From Barthelona sp. PCE (lineage: Eukaryota), in assembly GCA_040285745.1 (NCBI GenBank), contig JAUFOR010000008.1, positions 2,046,001 through 2,110,000 on the forward strand: DNA of 64,000 nucleotides, given 5' to 3'. This document shows positions 1 through 10,176 of the stretch, in pieces (positions within the stretch are counted from its first letter, which is position 1; the number at the start of each line of letters is the position of its first letter). A model generated the notes under the pieces. That model did not search any database. It had not been told where the DNA came from and was given only the letters and a program-made list of their open reading frames with translations. A program made the translations under genes and the position numbers.

Positions 1-991
1 CGGTCACTGCCTCAAGAATCACAGCTCTGTGGAGTGGTAACTGCCCGATATCATTGACCTCGTTGAGCAAAAACAACTCATTCTCGTAGCCCGGCGTTTT
101 CAATCTTTTTAATAGTATATTGATAACTTCTGGTTCCCTGCTCTCCACCGCCAAGTGGAACAGATTGTTACCATTGCTGTCTTTAAGACTCAGAAGTGAA
201 AATGTTACAGCTGACAGCAGTCTTTTTATGCGGTGAATTGAACCCGACTTGAAAGAATGGAATATTTGATTTCTAACAACCATCTCACTTGCAGAGAGTA
301 GGTTCTCCGTTGATAACGTCGTTTGCACGCTGAATTCAAAAGGATTCTTGTTCTTTTTTCGATTTCCAACATTAGCTCCTTTCTTGAAACTTTTTCGACG
401 ACGACGTGGTGTTCCCGTACTCTTTCTGTAAAAACGTTGCGACTTTCTTTCTGTCTGTCTTGACGAAGGCGAAGATCGAACAGATGCTGATGATACAGAA
501 CGCTCCTTATGTGCGTTTGTAAAATTTGAAGATATGTTTCTTGCTTGACTAACTCTATACATGAGCTCATTCATCTTAAGTCTCTTTGTTGTTAGTCGCT
601 TTTTCTGATCTGTTGCTTCCTGAATTGCATCAGAAATTCCATTGATGGCCGCGTCGACTTGCTGAATGTTTTTCTCAACCAAACGTCTACCCTTTGGCCC
701 TGAGTCATCGTCAAAGAAAATTGTTGAATCATTAATCGATATTTGAAGACCTTGACCTGAGTCCTGCATCAAATCCAATAATTTCTTCTTGTTATTCGTA
801 ATTCTTGATCTATGTTCGGTTAAAAAGTTGGATGATACCAAATCTACATCCTTTAAAAACGTTGTTATCTCTTGAGATGGGGAGGACTGAATTTCTTTTC
901 CTCTATCCGGATCTGTTCGTTCCAGAAACTTCGAGAAGTCTTGGGTGCTTCCTGAAAATGAAGAGGATGAAGCGAGAGTTTTTCTATGCAT
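1..991 (-). CDS. Ankyrin-repeat protein, 5' part only (runs off the window's left edge)
   Basis: Not in the ORF track. Manual translation from ATG at 991 (MHRKTLASSSSFSG...) stays open to the window edge. It contains ankyrin-type motifs KDSNGNNLFHLAVESREPEVINILL and NDIGQLPLHRAV. CCTTTTCA lies 13 nt upstream of the ATG. Confidence 0.8.
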   Translation of the reverse strand, partial: MHRKTLASSSSFSGSTQDFSKFLERTDPDRGKEIQSSPSQEITTFLKDVDLVSSNFLTEHRSRITNNKKKLLDLMQDSGQGLQISINDSTIFFDDDSGPKGRRLVEKNIQQVDAAINGISDAIQEATDQKKRLTTKRLKMNELMYRVSQARNISSNFTNAHKERSVSSASVRSSPSSRQTERKSQRFYRKSTGTPRRRRKSFKKGANVGNRKKNKNPFEFSVQTTLSTENLLSASEMVVRNQIFHSFKSGSIHRIKRLLSAVTFSLLSLKDSNGNNLFHLAVESREPEVINILLKRLKTPGYENELFLLNEVNDIGQLPLHRAVILEAVT

Positions 992-1004
992 GCATTCAGA
1001 ATAA

Positions 1005-1012
1005 TGAAAAGG
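1005..1012 (-). promoter_or_regulatory. CCTTTTCA candidate core-promoter/initiator element (ankyrin gene)
   Basis: Exact CCTTTTCA 13 nt upstream of ATG 991; the same 8-mer precedes several other genes. Confidence 0.5.
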
Positions 1013-1294
1013 GTGAATATTTGCAAAACATCAATTTTTTTTGAATTATGCTCCTCAAACACATGGGAAAGGGGGCTTTTTACAACCTCAGATTATCTAA
1101 AAAGAGGAAATATCCATATCACTGTACCTGCAAACAAAATTATTTCCAAATATCGTTTCTTTAAGTATATAAGCACGTTTCTTGGTTTTTCTTGGTTTTT
1201 TAACCCGTTAAACTACTTTTTTATGAAAAACTACGTAACTTGTAATTCAGTTAAAACCTAATTGGTGATCCATTTTATTAAAAGATACTCTAAA

Positions 1295-3610
1295 TTATAC
1301 CCAAAGCTGGCCACTGGAAGGACCCTTTAGGTTTCTACCGCTTAGAGACGATAATCTTGATCTTGAATTAGTTGTTCGCGTCGATGCACCTCGAGAACTA
1401 TCACTTGAATTGGTCATCTGCATGACTCTTGTGTATATTTTCTGCGACACAGTCTGTGGAATAAAACCTGATACGCCGCACATCTTAAAAATATCGTTAC
1501 CTGTTACAGTGCTGTATGCATACCCCTGCTGCATGATAAATGAAGCTCTGTTTGCGAAGAAACGCTCCTCGGATGTGCCACGTGTAATAACAGAATAGAA
1601 AGAAGCCTTTTTCTTCTTTGGTCTCATGATACGTCCAATCCTCTGCGCCTCTTGCATTCGTGAACCGAACTTTCCTGACATCTGTATGCACACATTGGCA
1701 TCTGGAAGATCAATTGAATCATCACCAACGTTACTGATAATTATTGTCTGAATTTCACCATTTCTGAACTGTTGCAGCAGTTCCTCTCTCCTCTGTTTAT
1801 CTGTTTTTCCGTAGATCACCTGCTCAGCGTATTTATCGGCCATATACTCGCGTGCAAAGAAGAGTAGGGGTGCAATGAATTCAAAAAACACTAAAATTTG
1901 GTCTCCCCTCTGTTCGTGATACTCTACAAGTGTTTTTGCAACATGAAGCTTTTGTGAGTGACACTGTGGAAGTAACAGGCGCTTTGTAGGTTGTGAGAAG
2001 TATTCCCTGTAAGTCGGAATATCCATATCGACTAAAACGCGCCTGAGACTCAGGTTAGCAATGAATCCTTTTGCAGCAAGACGCAACCACTCCGCAAAGT
2101 ACAGCGTTGGCCCACACAGTCGTGGTAGTAACGCCATGGAATCATCCTCACGTACGGGCGTCGCTGTGAGACCGAGACGAAATCTTGAATTGATCTTAAA
2201 AACATTTGCAAACTGCTTGGCGACAGCAGAGTGCACCTCGTCAAGCAGCGTGATACCCCACTCATTTGAGTTAATGTAATCCATCACGAGTCGCCTGCTC
2301 TGCGACATCTTTTCAACCTTCGTTGAACCAGTCATCATTGAGTATGTCGATATCAAAATGACGCCGTTGGTGCTTGCAATGGGCGATTCCAACAGCTGCA
2401 ACTCCTCAAGTTTTGTGTCTGCCGTGAGCGTAAGCACGATCGGTTGTTTTGATGACGTGGGGTCCAAACCCTGCTCGTAAGTGGTCCAATACCCAATCTC
2501 GCGCTTCCACTGGTTAACCGCCAGTGTACGCCTGCAAACAATGATTGTTGGCGCCTTTAACGTGCAGAGAGTTGCAATCCCAAGAAGCGTCTTCCCCGAT
2601 CCACATGGTAAAACCACCACTCCTGACCTGGCTCTCTCACGTGAGAATATCTTCCTCAAACTGGTAATCTGGTGCTCTCTCAGCGGATCTCTATCACCAA
2701 AATCAATGTTAAGTCGTGGTAACCTGATATTTTTGCCAAGCTTTGCTGAGAAATCTCGAGACCAGTACTCAATTAATATGTGTAATTTGGGTAACCCAAG
2801 CGTCTCCTTTGGGATATCGCTGGTGAAGAGATGTGATCGAAGCAGAAACTCCTTAAAAGGAAAAGGTATTTCGTTGATCGACTCAACCAAGAAGTACCCG
2901 CGAACAATTATTGGAGTTGTTTCGTCCATGAACACAAGTGACATACCTTGCTGTTCCATCCATTGTGCAACATCGTGATGATGGGTCGTTGGCACCGCCA
3001 AATAAATGTGATCACCGTAATGCAAAACACGACAGAGCGCTGTAGATGCTCTAATGAACTTAACAACCGAGTCATCTACGGGGGTCTTTGACAATAGCTC
3101 TAAACTTGATATCAAATCCTCAGCTGTGTAGCCTAAAGAAGCAAAAGTCATTAACGACTCTCTGGACATCACATACTTATGAATGGACAGCGGACGGCTC
3201 TCTGGCTCAGCGCATAGACTAAGCAGCTCCTTTGCTGCAGGGTAGAGTGGAGAAAATGTCTCGCACAATACTGTAATTACCTGTTCCTGAATTGAATGAC
3301 GAACAAAGAGTGGTCGAGAGTTAGCGTCTGGTTTAGCTTTTGTGAGAAGTATGTGGAAATTAACGAAATCACTGCTGTGTAGATCGTCTGGAATTTCATC
3401 CTGAAATTTCTTAACACGCTTTTTACGTTTCGGTTTCGCCACTACTTTCGACTTTGGCTTCGACTTTGATTTTGAACTACGCTGTGCTGCTTTTCTTGAA
3501 ACCTTTGGTTTTTCAACTGGTGCAACCTCCAATGAGAGCCCCAAATCCATGCTTACCTCCTCTTTCGGCTTTTTTGGCTCCGAAAAGGATAAATCTAATG
3601 TGAAATCCAT
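1295..3610 (-). CDS. XPB: TFIIH SF2 helicase/translocase XPB (ERCC3/Rad25)
   Basis: Motifs RSGVVVLPCGSGKT (Walker A), LLDEVH, LGLTATPVRED, IDLPDANVCIQ and GSRMQEAQRIGRIMRPK, plus the N-terminal AEPESRP..IHKY XPB motif. Start placed at MDFTLD (3610) after a pyrimidine tract; the ORF track extends to 3673. Confidence 0.96.
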   Translation of the reverse strand: MDFTLDLSFSEPKKPKEEVSMDLGLSLEVAPVEKPKVSRKAAQRSSKSKSKPKSKVVAKPKRKKRVKKFQDEIPDDLHSSDFVNFHILLTKAKPDANSRPLFVRHSIQEQVITVLCETFSPLYPAAKELLSLCAEPESRPLSIHKYVMSRESLMTFASLGYTAEDLISSLELLSKTPVDDSVVKFIRASTALCRVLHYGDHIYLAVPTTHHHDVAQWMEQQGMSLVFMDETTPIIVRGYFLVESINEIPFPFKEFLLRSHLFTSDIPKETLGLPKLHILIEYWSRDFSAKLGKNIRLPRLNIDFGDRDPLREHQITSLRKIFSRERARSGVVVLPCGSGKTLLGIATLCTLKAPTIIVCRRTLAVNQWKREIGYWTTYEQGLDPTSSKQPIVLTLTADTKLEELQLLESPIASTNGVILISTYSMMTGSTKVEKMSQSRRLVMDYINSNEWGITLLDEVHSAVAKQFANVFKINSRFRLGLTATPVREDDSMALLPRLCGPTLYFAEWLRLAAKGFIANLSLRRVLVDMDIPTYREYFSQPTKRLLLPQCHSQKLHVAKTLVEYHEQRGDQILVFFEFIAPLLFFAREYMADKYAEQVIYGKTDKQRREELLQQFRNGEIQTIIISNVGDDSIDLPDANVCIQMSGKFGSRMQEAQRIGRIMRPKKKKASFYSVITRGTSEERFFANRASFIMQQGYAYSTVTGNDIFKMCGVSGFIPQTVSQKIYTRVMQMTNSSDSSRGASTRTTNSRSRLSSLSGRNLKGPSSGQLWV

Positions 3611-3767
3611 AACAACGGAAGAGAAAAGGAAGAAAGAAATCGAAACGAATTCAGTCTGATTCTGTAATACCATAGTGATTTGACAGCGCAGTTATTGTGA
3701 ACCAGGCGTGCTTTTGCAGGTCACAAAACTTCTTTAAACATAAACTAATTTTTTACCTTTTTCAACA

Positions 3768-5132
3768 ATGCAAAACGCTAAGAAACTCACAGAATTGTCG
3801 GCGAACATCAAAGGGGCCTATATTCTTGCCAATGGTCATGTATTTACTCGATGTGGAAGTCACATTCCGGTGGGAGCCATCCTTATCGTTGACGACGAAA
3901 TCCAGGACGTTGGACCACTTAATGAGGTCCTAGAAAGAAATCCTGACTGTGAAAAGTACGATGTTGATGGTCGTCTCATTCTTCCCGGAAATATTTGTGC
4001 GCACACGCACTTTTATGGAATGTATTCTCGTGGAATGGCACTTAAGGACGAGGCTCCAGCAAATTTCACCGAGGTTCTTGAGCGCTTGTGGTGGAGGCTC
4101 GACAAAGCACTCGATATGGAGACTAGTGAGCTTTCTGCTCTTGTTTGTCTTGTCCAAGGTATCAAGTGCGGTACAACCACTGTATTTGATCACCACGCAT
4201 CTCCATCCTGCGTGACAGATAGCCTTAACGCCATTCATTCCGCTTGCCGTAAGGCTGGTGTTCGAGCAAGTTTGTGTTATGAGGTTACTGACCGCAATGG
4301 ACCTGAGGAGGCTACTGAAGGTATCAACGAGAACGCAAGATGGCTTGAAGCAGTGAAAACTGCAGAAGCTGATATCCCCAACCAGTTCCACGGTTTAGTA
4401 GGTGTACATGCTTCATTCACTGTGTGTGACGAGACTCTCAAGGGGTGCGTTGATGCAGGTGGTATCCATGTACACGTTGCTGAGGGCAAGGCTGATGTTG
4501 TCGACTCCAATGAGAAATATGGTAAGGGTGTCGTGCAGCGTTTACATGATATGGGTGGTACTGGTCCCAACAGCGTATTCGCCCACTGTATACATATCAC
4601 TGACGAGGAAAAGCAGCTGTTGAAGGATACAGACACATGGGTTGTGCACAACCCCCAGTCAAACATGAACAACGCTGTTGGTGTCAGTGATGTTGTAGCA
4701 ATGCTTGAGATGGGTGTACCAGTTTGTCTTGGTACAGACGGCATGACTCTCGATATGTTTGCAGAGCGAAAGGCTTTATATTTACTTCACAAGTTAAAGC
4801 GCGAAGATCCTCGTGTCATGGGTTGGGACGCTGATGTCATGCTTTTCGAAAACAATGCAAAGATGGCCACCCACTTTTTCGGCAAGACGATTGGTAAACT
4901 CAGCAAGGGCGCTGCTGCTGATGTCATCCTCATGGATTATAACAGCCCAACACCCATCCACGACGGAAACTTCCCCTGGCACCTCCAGTTCGGCATGGAC
5001 AGCAGCATGGTAAACACAACCATATGCGGCGGAAGGCCCCTTATGGTTAACAGAGAGCTTCTGACCCTTAACGAGAAGGAAATTATGAAGGCTGCTTATG
5101 AAAAAACGAATGAGGTGTGGGAGCGCTTTTAA
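3768..5132 (+). CDS. ssnA: Metal-dependent amidohydrolase, SsnA-like (bacterial type)
   Basis: Metal ligands ICAHTHFYG (HxH), HASFT, HVHVAEG, HNPQSNMNNAVG and LGTDG. The signature FTEVLERLWWRLDKALD is typical of SsnA proteins. Confidence 0.85.
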   Translation: MQNAKKLTELSANIKGAYILANGHVFTRCGSHIPVGAILIVDDEIQDVGPLNEVLERNPDCEKYDVDGRLILPGNICAHTHFYGMYSRGMALKDEAPANFTEVLERLWWRLDKALDMETSELSALVCLVQGIKCGTTTVFDHHASPSCVTDSLNAIHSACRKAGVRASLCYEVTDRNGPEEATEGINENARWLEAVKTAEADIPNQFHGLVGVHASFTVCDETLKGCVDAGGIHVHVAEGKADVVDSNEKYGKGVVQRLHDMGGTGPNSVFAHCIHITDEEKQLLKDTDTWVVHNPQSNMNNAVGVSDVVAMLEMGVPVCLGTDGMTLDMFAERKALYLLHKLKREDPRVMGWDADVMLFENNAKMATHFFGKTIGKLSKGAAADVILMDYNSPTPIHDGNFPWHLQFGMDSSMVNTTICGGRPLMVNRELLTLNEKEIMKAAYEKTNEVWERF

Positions 5133-5461
5133 TCATTCTTTTCTGGCAGGTTCTTCGAATAAATGAAACTCGGTGCCTTGTGGAACTGAAGACGACGTGT
5201 AACAATGCAATTTCCTTGAAAAACAGTATTACCATCTTGAAATGCTCGTTTAAGCACAATAAGTGGTTTTTCCAACCCGTGAATTTCACCTGTGAGCATG
5301 TGGTTCCCAATCATCACTGTGGCAGACTTATTCTCCTCATCAACGTTGAGTTTTCCCAACTCATATCCAGCAAATACCCCGCTGTGTGCTTCTAATTCGC
5401 CCTGTAAATCCAACAAAAACAGTTCATCCAGCTCATCGCTTAGAATAATTGGATAGTCCAT
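5129..5461 (-). CDS. CTF8: Chromosome transmission fidelity protein 8 (Ctf18-RFC accessory subunit)
   Basis: LLDLQGELE..LGKL..ATVMIGNHMLTGEIHGLEKPLIVL..VTRRLQFHKAP matches the Ctf8 pattern; 110 aa. Its stop codon overlaps the ssnA stop (TTAA, 5129-5132). Confidence 0.85.
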   Translation of the reverse strand: MDYPIILSDELDELFLLDLQGELEAHSGVFAGYELGKLNVDEENKSATVMIGNHMLTGEIHGLEKPLIVLKRAFQDGNTVFQGNCIVTRRLQFHKAPSFIYSKNLPEKND

Positions 5462-5613
5462 ATGAAAAGTAAGAAAATGGAATACAAGCCGAAAGTGTAA
5501 TGAAATTTGTTTAAGTACATCAACGTGGTACTATAAGCAATATTAAAGCTATTTAAGATGCATTTGAATTTAAAAATCACAGTAAAGTCGTATTACCATT
5601 TATCATCCTTTCA

Positions 5614-5928
5614 ATGTCTAATAACCCTGAAGAAACCCCAGTTGTGGAGCAGAAAGAGGAGCCTAAGGACGAGTTCCTTGCAGATCTTGAAGCAGAAATG
5701 GAACATCTTCCTGATAGATTTAAAAATCCTGATGCTTACCAAGAACCTCAACAGCAAGCTGTACATCCACTGTACAGAACTTCCAACTCAAACTATGGGT
5801 CAATGAAGGTATCAAAGGTAACAATGCCATTGCAGTATTACGGTCGTGCAGGAAACTTCACTAAACAGTTCACCGGCTTTAAATCCGTAGCCACCTTTAA
5901 CACATCCATGACTAAGAGCAAGGTATAA
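5614..5928 (+). CDS. PIERCE1/PIERCE2 (FAP182/DUF4490)-like ciliary microtubule-wall protein
   Basis: LPDRFKNPD..HPLYRTSNSNYG..MPLQYY..FTKQF..FNTSMTKSKV follows the PIERCE family pattern; 104 aa. Confidence 0.8.
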   Translation: MSNNPEETPVVEQKEEPKDEFLADLEAEMEHLPDRFKNPDAYQEPQQQAVHPLYRTSNSNYGSMKVSKVTMPLQYYGRAGNFTKQFTGFKSVATFNTSMTKSKV

Positions 5929-6284
5929 CAATGTAGCATAACGAGGTGTGAAAATTAGCATTATTTATTGTAGTTTCATGTAAATTCTAATCAGTTAATA
6001 TGTTTATGCTTATTATTGTGTGGCATACACGTTGGGGTTGTTCAAAACCCACATTCATCCTTATGACTCGCTTCTATTTGTAGCTTGTTGTTTCTAGCTG
6101 TGTAAATATAGTGTATTGGTCCCCAAAGCCATAGAATGACTAAAAATGTCTTTCTTTCTACAAAAAATTAGACTATTCCAATGAAAAGAATAGCATCACA
6201 CCTTGTAAAAGGTATTTTCACCCATTTCTCTTGATCTGTTGATCAAAATACGCATATAATTGTACCCATTACAGTCATTAAATC

Positions 6285-8741
6285 ATGTCAAGGAGAGGAA
6301 AGAGGGTTTTATCGGGCGAGATAGTTGTTAACAATGAAGCGAAACAACTCAGCATATACTACGACCTTCAAATATATTTGGTAAATGCAGATGGGTCGCG
6401 GGACATTTTGGAAACAAAAAACTCGGTAAAAAAAATCAAGTTGGATAAAGTTGAACTTTCCACTGATATTGATGTTCTGACCGAGCAGATCCTTGAGAAG
6501 TGCTCCAAAATCTTATCAAAAAAACGTTATAACGAACTTCATCAAAAACTCGAAGAATTTCAAAGAACTCTTGTTGTTGAAGACGATCTCCTTGAGTATG
6601 ACAACGAGAGTCTCACGACATACTCGGCCGGGATATATGGAAGGGATGCCAGTGTCTATGGAGACATCAATATGGAATCTGTGAGCATTGATTTTCTGGA
6701 AGACTATCTTGAATCTTTATACGATGATATAGACACGCAGATAAGGAGCACTGCTTGCATAGCGTTTCTGGCAAAGACGGACGTAAACCTTCCGAAATTA
6801 GTTGAAAACGACGCCCTACTTAACACAATGTCACGTTTATTAAGAGAAAGCGGACAAAAATCTGTACAGTTAAGCAGCAACATCATGCAATTCTTCTACA
6901 CACTGAGCATATTTGGAGAATACCATTCTGTGTTGCAAACATTTTCGATCAGTAAGATATGTATTGCTATACTGAAGAGTGAGGTGAAAAGATTCAACAC
7001 CAAAAACAAAAACTACTTGGAAGCAAGTCGGCTGTATGAAATGGAGCAGAATGGAACACGCACACTCGATAACCCTATGAGGCGTAAAGTAACTGCTATT
7101 CTTCAAAACTACACTCCTTTCGTCAACACACAGAACAGGCTCATTGTACTTGCACTCAACACACTCTTCAACATGACTACTACGGAGGCGTTCCATCAAG
7201 CACTCATAAAAGCGAAACTTTTCAAGATTCTCACTTTGCTTCTTCGCCTCGGCACTAAATTACCTGCTCAATTGTATGTGCACATATACACATTTTCGCT
7301 GACTTTTCTGCGTGTACTTTCTGTGTATAATTCGAACAAGGAGCAGCTGAAGAAGTTAGAAACACATCTTGAGTTATTACCCCTCATCACATTGTTTTTT
7401 ACAGACAACAAGATGCATTTGCTTGATCTGACGCTGCGCATCTTGCACAATATGGCGTTTGACACTACAGTACGCGATAGTCTTCTGAAAAACTCTGATT
7501 TTCTTGTTTTTTTTTCAAAGTTAGCTTTGTATTTTATTAACAATATGGAGAGAAAAGGATACAAAGAGATGCTCAATATTGTTATCAGAACATTTTATTT
7601 TTTGTCACAGGAACCGCACCATGCAGTCATACTGGGTAGAATGCCAATTATAGTCACCCGTCTACACCAAATGATCGTATCATACCCACAAACAGAGATT
7701 CCTGACGTGCTTATGAGTCTCATTGTGAACGTTGTCGAATGTAGCTTCTCAGCCACCAAACTCTTCTGCTTCTGCGGTCTGGAACTGGATCGTATCAAGG
7801 ATCAGTTTGCACGCTGGGATAGTGGTGAGGAAGAAGAAGGCGGAGGAGGAATGGAGCTTTTCCAGGGCGGAATATTTGCTCTCATCGAACGTCTTTTTGT
7901 CACTCGCCAGGAATTCTTATTTGTTCTCCCAGCTGCACTTTCAAAATCTCTATTCAAGGCAGTACATAACAGCGTCATATCGCGTGAGGAGGCCGTACTC
8001 TTTGCCAAGATGTTTCTTCTTTTCTTCCACAAGATCGTTGTATTCATGCAGGAGATAACACAACCGAACGCTGTCATTGCATGCATGGAGTTTATGTATC
8101 ACATCACGTTTCTCAACGTTCCTGCGTTTTCCAGGGTCCTTGTCCAGGGCGGTTACATAAACTACATTAGTGAAGCCATCACTACAAGTGACGTGGATGA
8201 TGATATACTGATGTTGTCTCTGTATATTGTCCTGCTGACTTGTACGACCGAGAGCAACGCACACCTCATCGTCACGAGCGGAATTTTAGACTCCCTAGTA
8301 AGCAAAATGCAAACGCTGTTCACCGATGTAGAGATTCTGAAGGTCAGTCTCGAGCTAATTCAAAACCTCATGTGCTTTGAGCGTTCGTTGGAGTTCATCA
8401 TGTCACATGCAGAGTTAGTCCAACTGCTCTTGTTTTTATATGGGGATTCAGACGAATCTATTCAAGCTTTCCTGGATGATATATTTACACTTGGGTTATC
8501 AGCTGATCCAACAGAGGATAGATTCACAGTGAACCTCACAGATGAACAATGCTCGCTTCATTTTCCTTATCGAACACTTGTCCCAGTTTCTGAAGAAGGC
8601 ACAATACACACTGCCAATTTGTTAAAGAAGCGAAGATTTGAGGTATGGAACTGGGAGTGGCTTAAGTGGTTGTCTACTGAACCTGCTGTTGAAGATACAA
8701 TTCCAGAATGGGATGAAAAGTATCATCGGTACACAAATTAA
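6285..8741 (+). CDS. KIFAP3: Kinesin-associated protein 3 (kinesin-2 non-motor subunit, IFT)
   Basis: LEDYLESLYDDIDTQIRST..LAKTDVNLPKLVENDALLNTMSRLLRE..KSVQLSSNIMQFFY, an ARM-like helical body, and C-terminal KKRRFEVWNWEWL. Confidence 0.9.
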   Translation: MSRRGKRVLSGEIVVNNEAKQLSIYYDLQIYLVNADGSRDILETKNSVKKIKLDKVELSTDIDVLTEQILEKCSKILSKKRYNELHQKLEEFQRTLVVEDDLLEYDNESLTTYSAGIYGRDASVYGDINMESVSIDFLEDYLESLYDDIDTQIRSTACIAFLAKTDVNLPKLVENDALLNTMSRLLRESGQKSVQLSSNIMQFFYTLSIFGEYHSVLQTFSISKICIAILKSEVKRFNTKNKNYLEASRLYEMEQNGTRTLDNPMRRKVTAILQNYTPFVNTQNRLIVLALNTLFNMTTTEAFHQALIKAKLFKILTLLLRLGTKLPAQLYVHIYTFSLTFLRVLSVYNSNKEQLKKLETHLELLPLITLFFTDNKMHLLDLTLRILHNMAFDTTVRDSLLKNSDFLVFFSKLALYFINNMERKGYKEMLNIVIRTFYFLSQEPHHAVILGRMPIIVTRLHQMIVSYPQTEIPDVLMSLIVNVVECSFSATKLFCFCGLELDRIKDQFARWDSGEEEEGGGGMELFQGGIFALIERLFVTRQEFLFVLPAALSKSLFKAVHNSVISREEAVLFAKMFLLFFHKIVVFMQEITQPNAVIACMEFMYHITFLNVPAFSRVLVQGGYINYISEAITTSDVDDDILMLSLYIVLLTCTTESNAHLIVTSGILDSLVSKMQTLFTDVEILKVSLELIQNLMCFERSLEFIMSHAELVQLLLFLYGDSDESIQAFLDDIFTLGLSADPTEDRFTVNLTDEQCSLHFPYRTLVPVSEEGTIHTANLLKKRRFEVWNWEWLKWLSTEPAVEDTIPEWDEKYHRYTN

Positions 8742-8766
8742 ATACGTTCTTCTGTAAATACCATCT

Positions 8767-9090
8767 TTATTCAACAATGGGGCAGTTCAGGTTGAAACTT
8801 TGATATACTGTGTCGCAAAAGGGTTCTACACTATCTAAAACCTCCAACAATACGTCTGTGATCTGAACATCATTCTTACACTGAATTCGTAATTTCAGCT
8901 CAGCGTTCAGGGGATGTGGGATTGTGTAACCTGCAAGAATAACGTTAGGATGTCTGTTCAATAGGAATTTTAAAACATTCCCAAGTGTGTGATCTTCGTT
9001 GACGATTGTAAACACGCCAGATGAGTAGTCGCTAGTTTTGTCCTTGTTTAGATCGTACTGAATGCTTAATGGCCTTCGTTCTACCGGCAT
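8767..9090 (-). CDS. RNA polymerase RPB11/AC19-family subunit (AC19/RPAC2 slightly favoured)
   Basis: FTIVNEDHTLGNVLKFLLNRHPNVILAGYTIPHPL..LRIQ. ATG at 9090 is preceded by CCTTTTCA. AC19 and RPB11 cannot be separated with certainty by eye. Confidence 0.88.
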   Translation of the reverse strand: MPVERRPLSIQYDLNKDKTSDYSSGVFTIVNEDHTLGNVLKFLLNRHPNVILAGYTIPHPLNAELKLRIQCKNDVQITDVLLEVLDSVEPFCDTVYQSFNLNCPIVE

Positions 9091-9094
9091 AATA

Positions 9095-9102
9095 TGAAAA
9101 GG
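9095..9102 (-). promoter_or_regulatory. CCTTTTCA candidate core-promoter/initiator element (RPB11/AC19-family gene)
   Basis: Exact CCTTTTCA 4 nt upstream of ATG 9090. Confidence 0.5.
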
Positions 9103-9183
9103 GTTGAAAAAACAATACCACAACCTTTACATTTGCCAACGACTTTCTACATCAAATTTGTCCACATTTAACAAGAAAAAAAT

Positions 9184-10125
9184 TTATTTTGGTAAGAGAC
9201 TGGTTTCATCCACATCTATCACAACCAATTCTACAAATGAAGAGGGATTCTCAGTTTGATACACTGGCCCCACGCCTATGACCAGATGCTTATCGTCATC
9301 GCTGAGCCTGACGGATGAAATATTCTGTTTTGACGAGTTAATGTATAATTTGTCTATTCTGCTACGGGATTGTGTACACCACGATATTACCTTGCCATCT
9401 GATCCTGCTGTGATGACAGAAGTTGGATTTTTGTGAGAAAAACAAACGCTATTGACTGGAAACACGCTGTTCTTTGACTTGTGTGCTCTGAAAGCAAAAG
9501 ATAAAGCGAGAGATGTAGCCTCCTCAACATGTGAGTACAGAACACGTCCTTGCACGCTTCCGAATGCCAAACTACCATCAGAGCTAATATCTGCACAACG
9601 AATTTGTGATTTCAGCAAAGTCTTTCTCAAAGCCAACAACTCATCAGCAAAGGTATACAACGCCATAGATTTATCACTAAGTGCAATGACAAGGTTTCCA
9701 TCGTTATAACTCATATCAAAGACCTTTGCTGGCAGTTCCATTTCTTTAACAATTTTTCCAGGGTCAGAAAAATCAAGAAAATAAAGTGTTTCATTCCAAC
9801 AACCAACAGCAACAATACCCTCTTCCTGACATACACATATGCTTTTGATAACTGCTGGGAGTGTATTCAACGAAAAAAACCTCTCAGACTCGTAATTGAA
9901 TGCTAAAATTGTTTTATCAACTCCACCAACAAGCATTGTGTTTTCGTTAAAAAAATCTATGGTGAGGAGCGGCGCGTGGACTTCCTTCGATGCTATGAGA
10001 GCGCTCTTCTCAATATCATAGACTCTGATGAAGCAATCCCACCCAATTGTTGCAAAAACTGTATTTGACCCCTTTGCAAACCTGATTGAACTGATTGTGT
10101 CTGTAGGCTGATCTTTGAAAGACAT
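9184..10125 (-). CDS. BUB3: WD40 protein of the Bub3/Rae1 family (Bub3-like)
   Basis: QPTDTISSIRF..GWDCFIRVYD, ELPAKVFDMS, LKSQIRC, GSVQGRV, FAFRAHK..FPVNSVCF..TAGSDGKV. Confidence 0.75.
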   Translation of the reverse strand: MSFKDQPTDTISSIRFAKGSNTVFATIGWDCFIRVYDIEKSALIASKEVHAPLLTIDFFNENTMLVGGVDKTILAFNYESERFFSLNTLPAVIKSICVCQEEGIVAVGCWNETLYFLDFSDPGKIVKEMELPAKVFDMSYNDGNLVIALSDKSMALYTFADELLALRKTLLKSQIRCADISSDGSLAFGSVQGRVLYSHVEEATSLALSFAFRAHKSKNSVFPVNSVCFSHKNPTSVITAGSDGKVISWCTQSRSRIDKLYINSSKQNISSVRLSDDDKHLVIGVGPVYQTENPSSFVELVVIDVDETSLLPK

Positions 10126-10176
10126 TTAATCGTGTTAAGTTAAATATTTCACAAAACAAGAAAAAAATTTTTATTC

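Noticed and set aside
226-570. 114-aa minus-strand ORF in the track
   Set aside because: Wrong frame; the real frame runs from 991 to the window edge and encodes ankyrin motifs.
3768-5132. Bacterial contamination or a chimeric contig as the source of the prokaryote-type genes
   Set aside because: The genes are interleaved with, and even overlap, eukaryotic genes and share host upstream motifs. No operon structure is evident.
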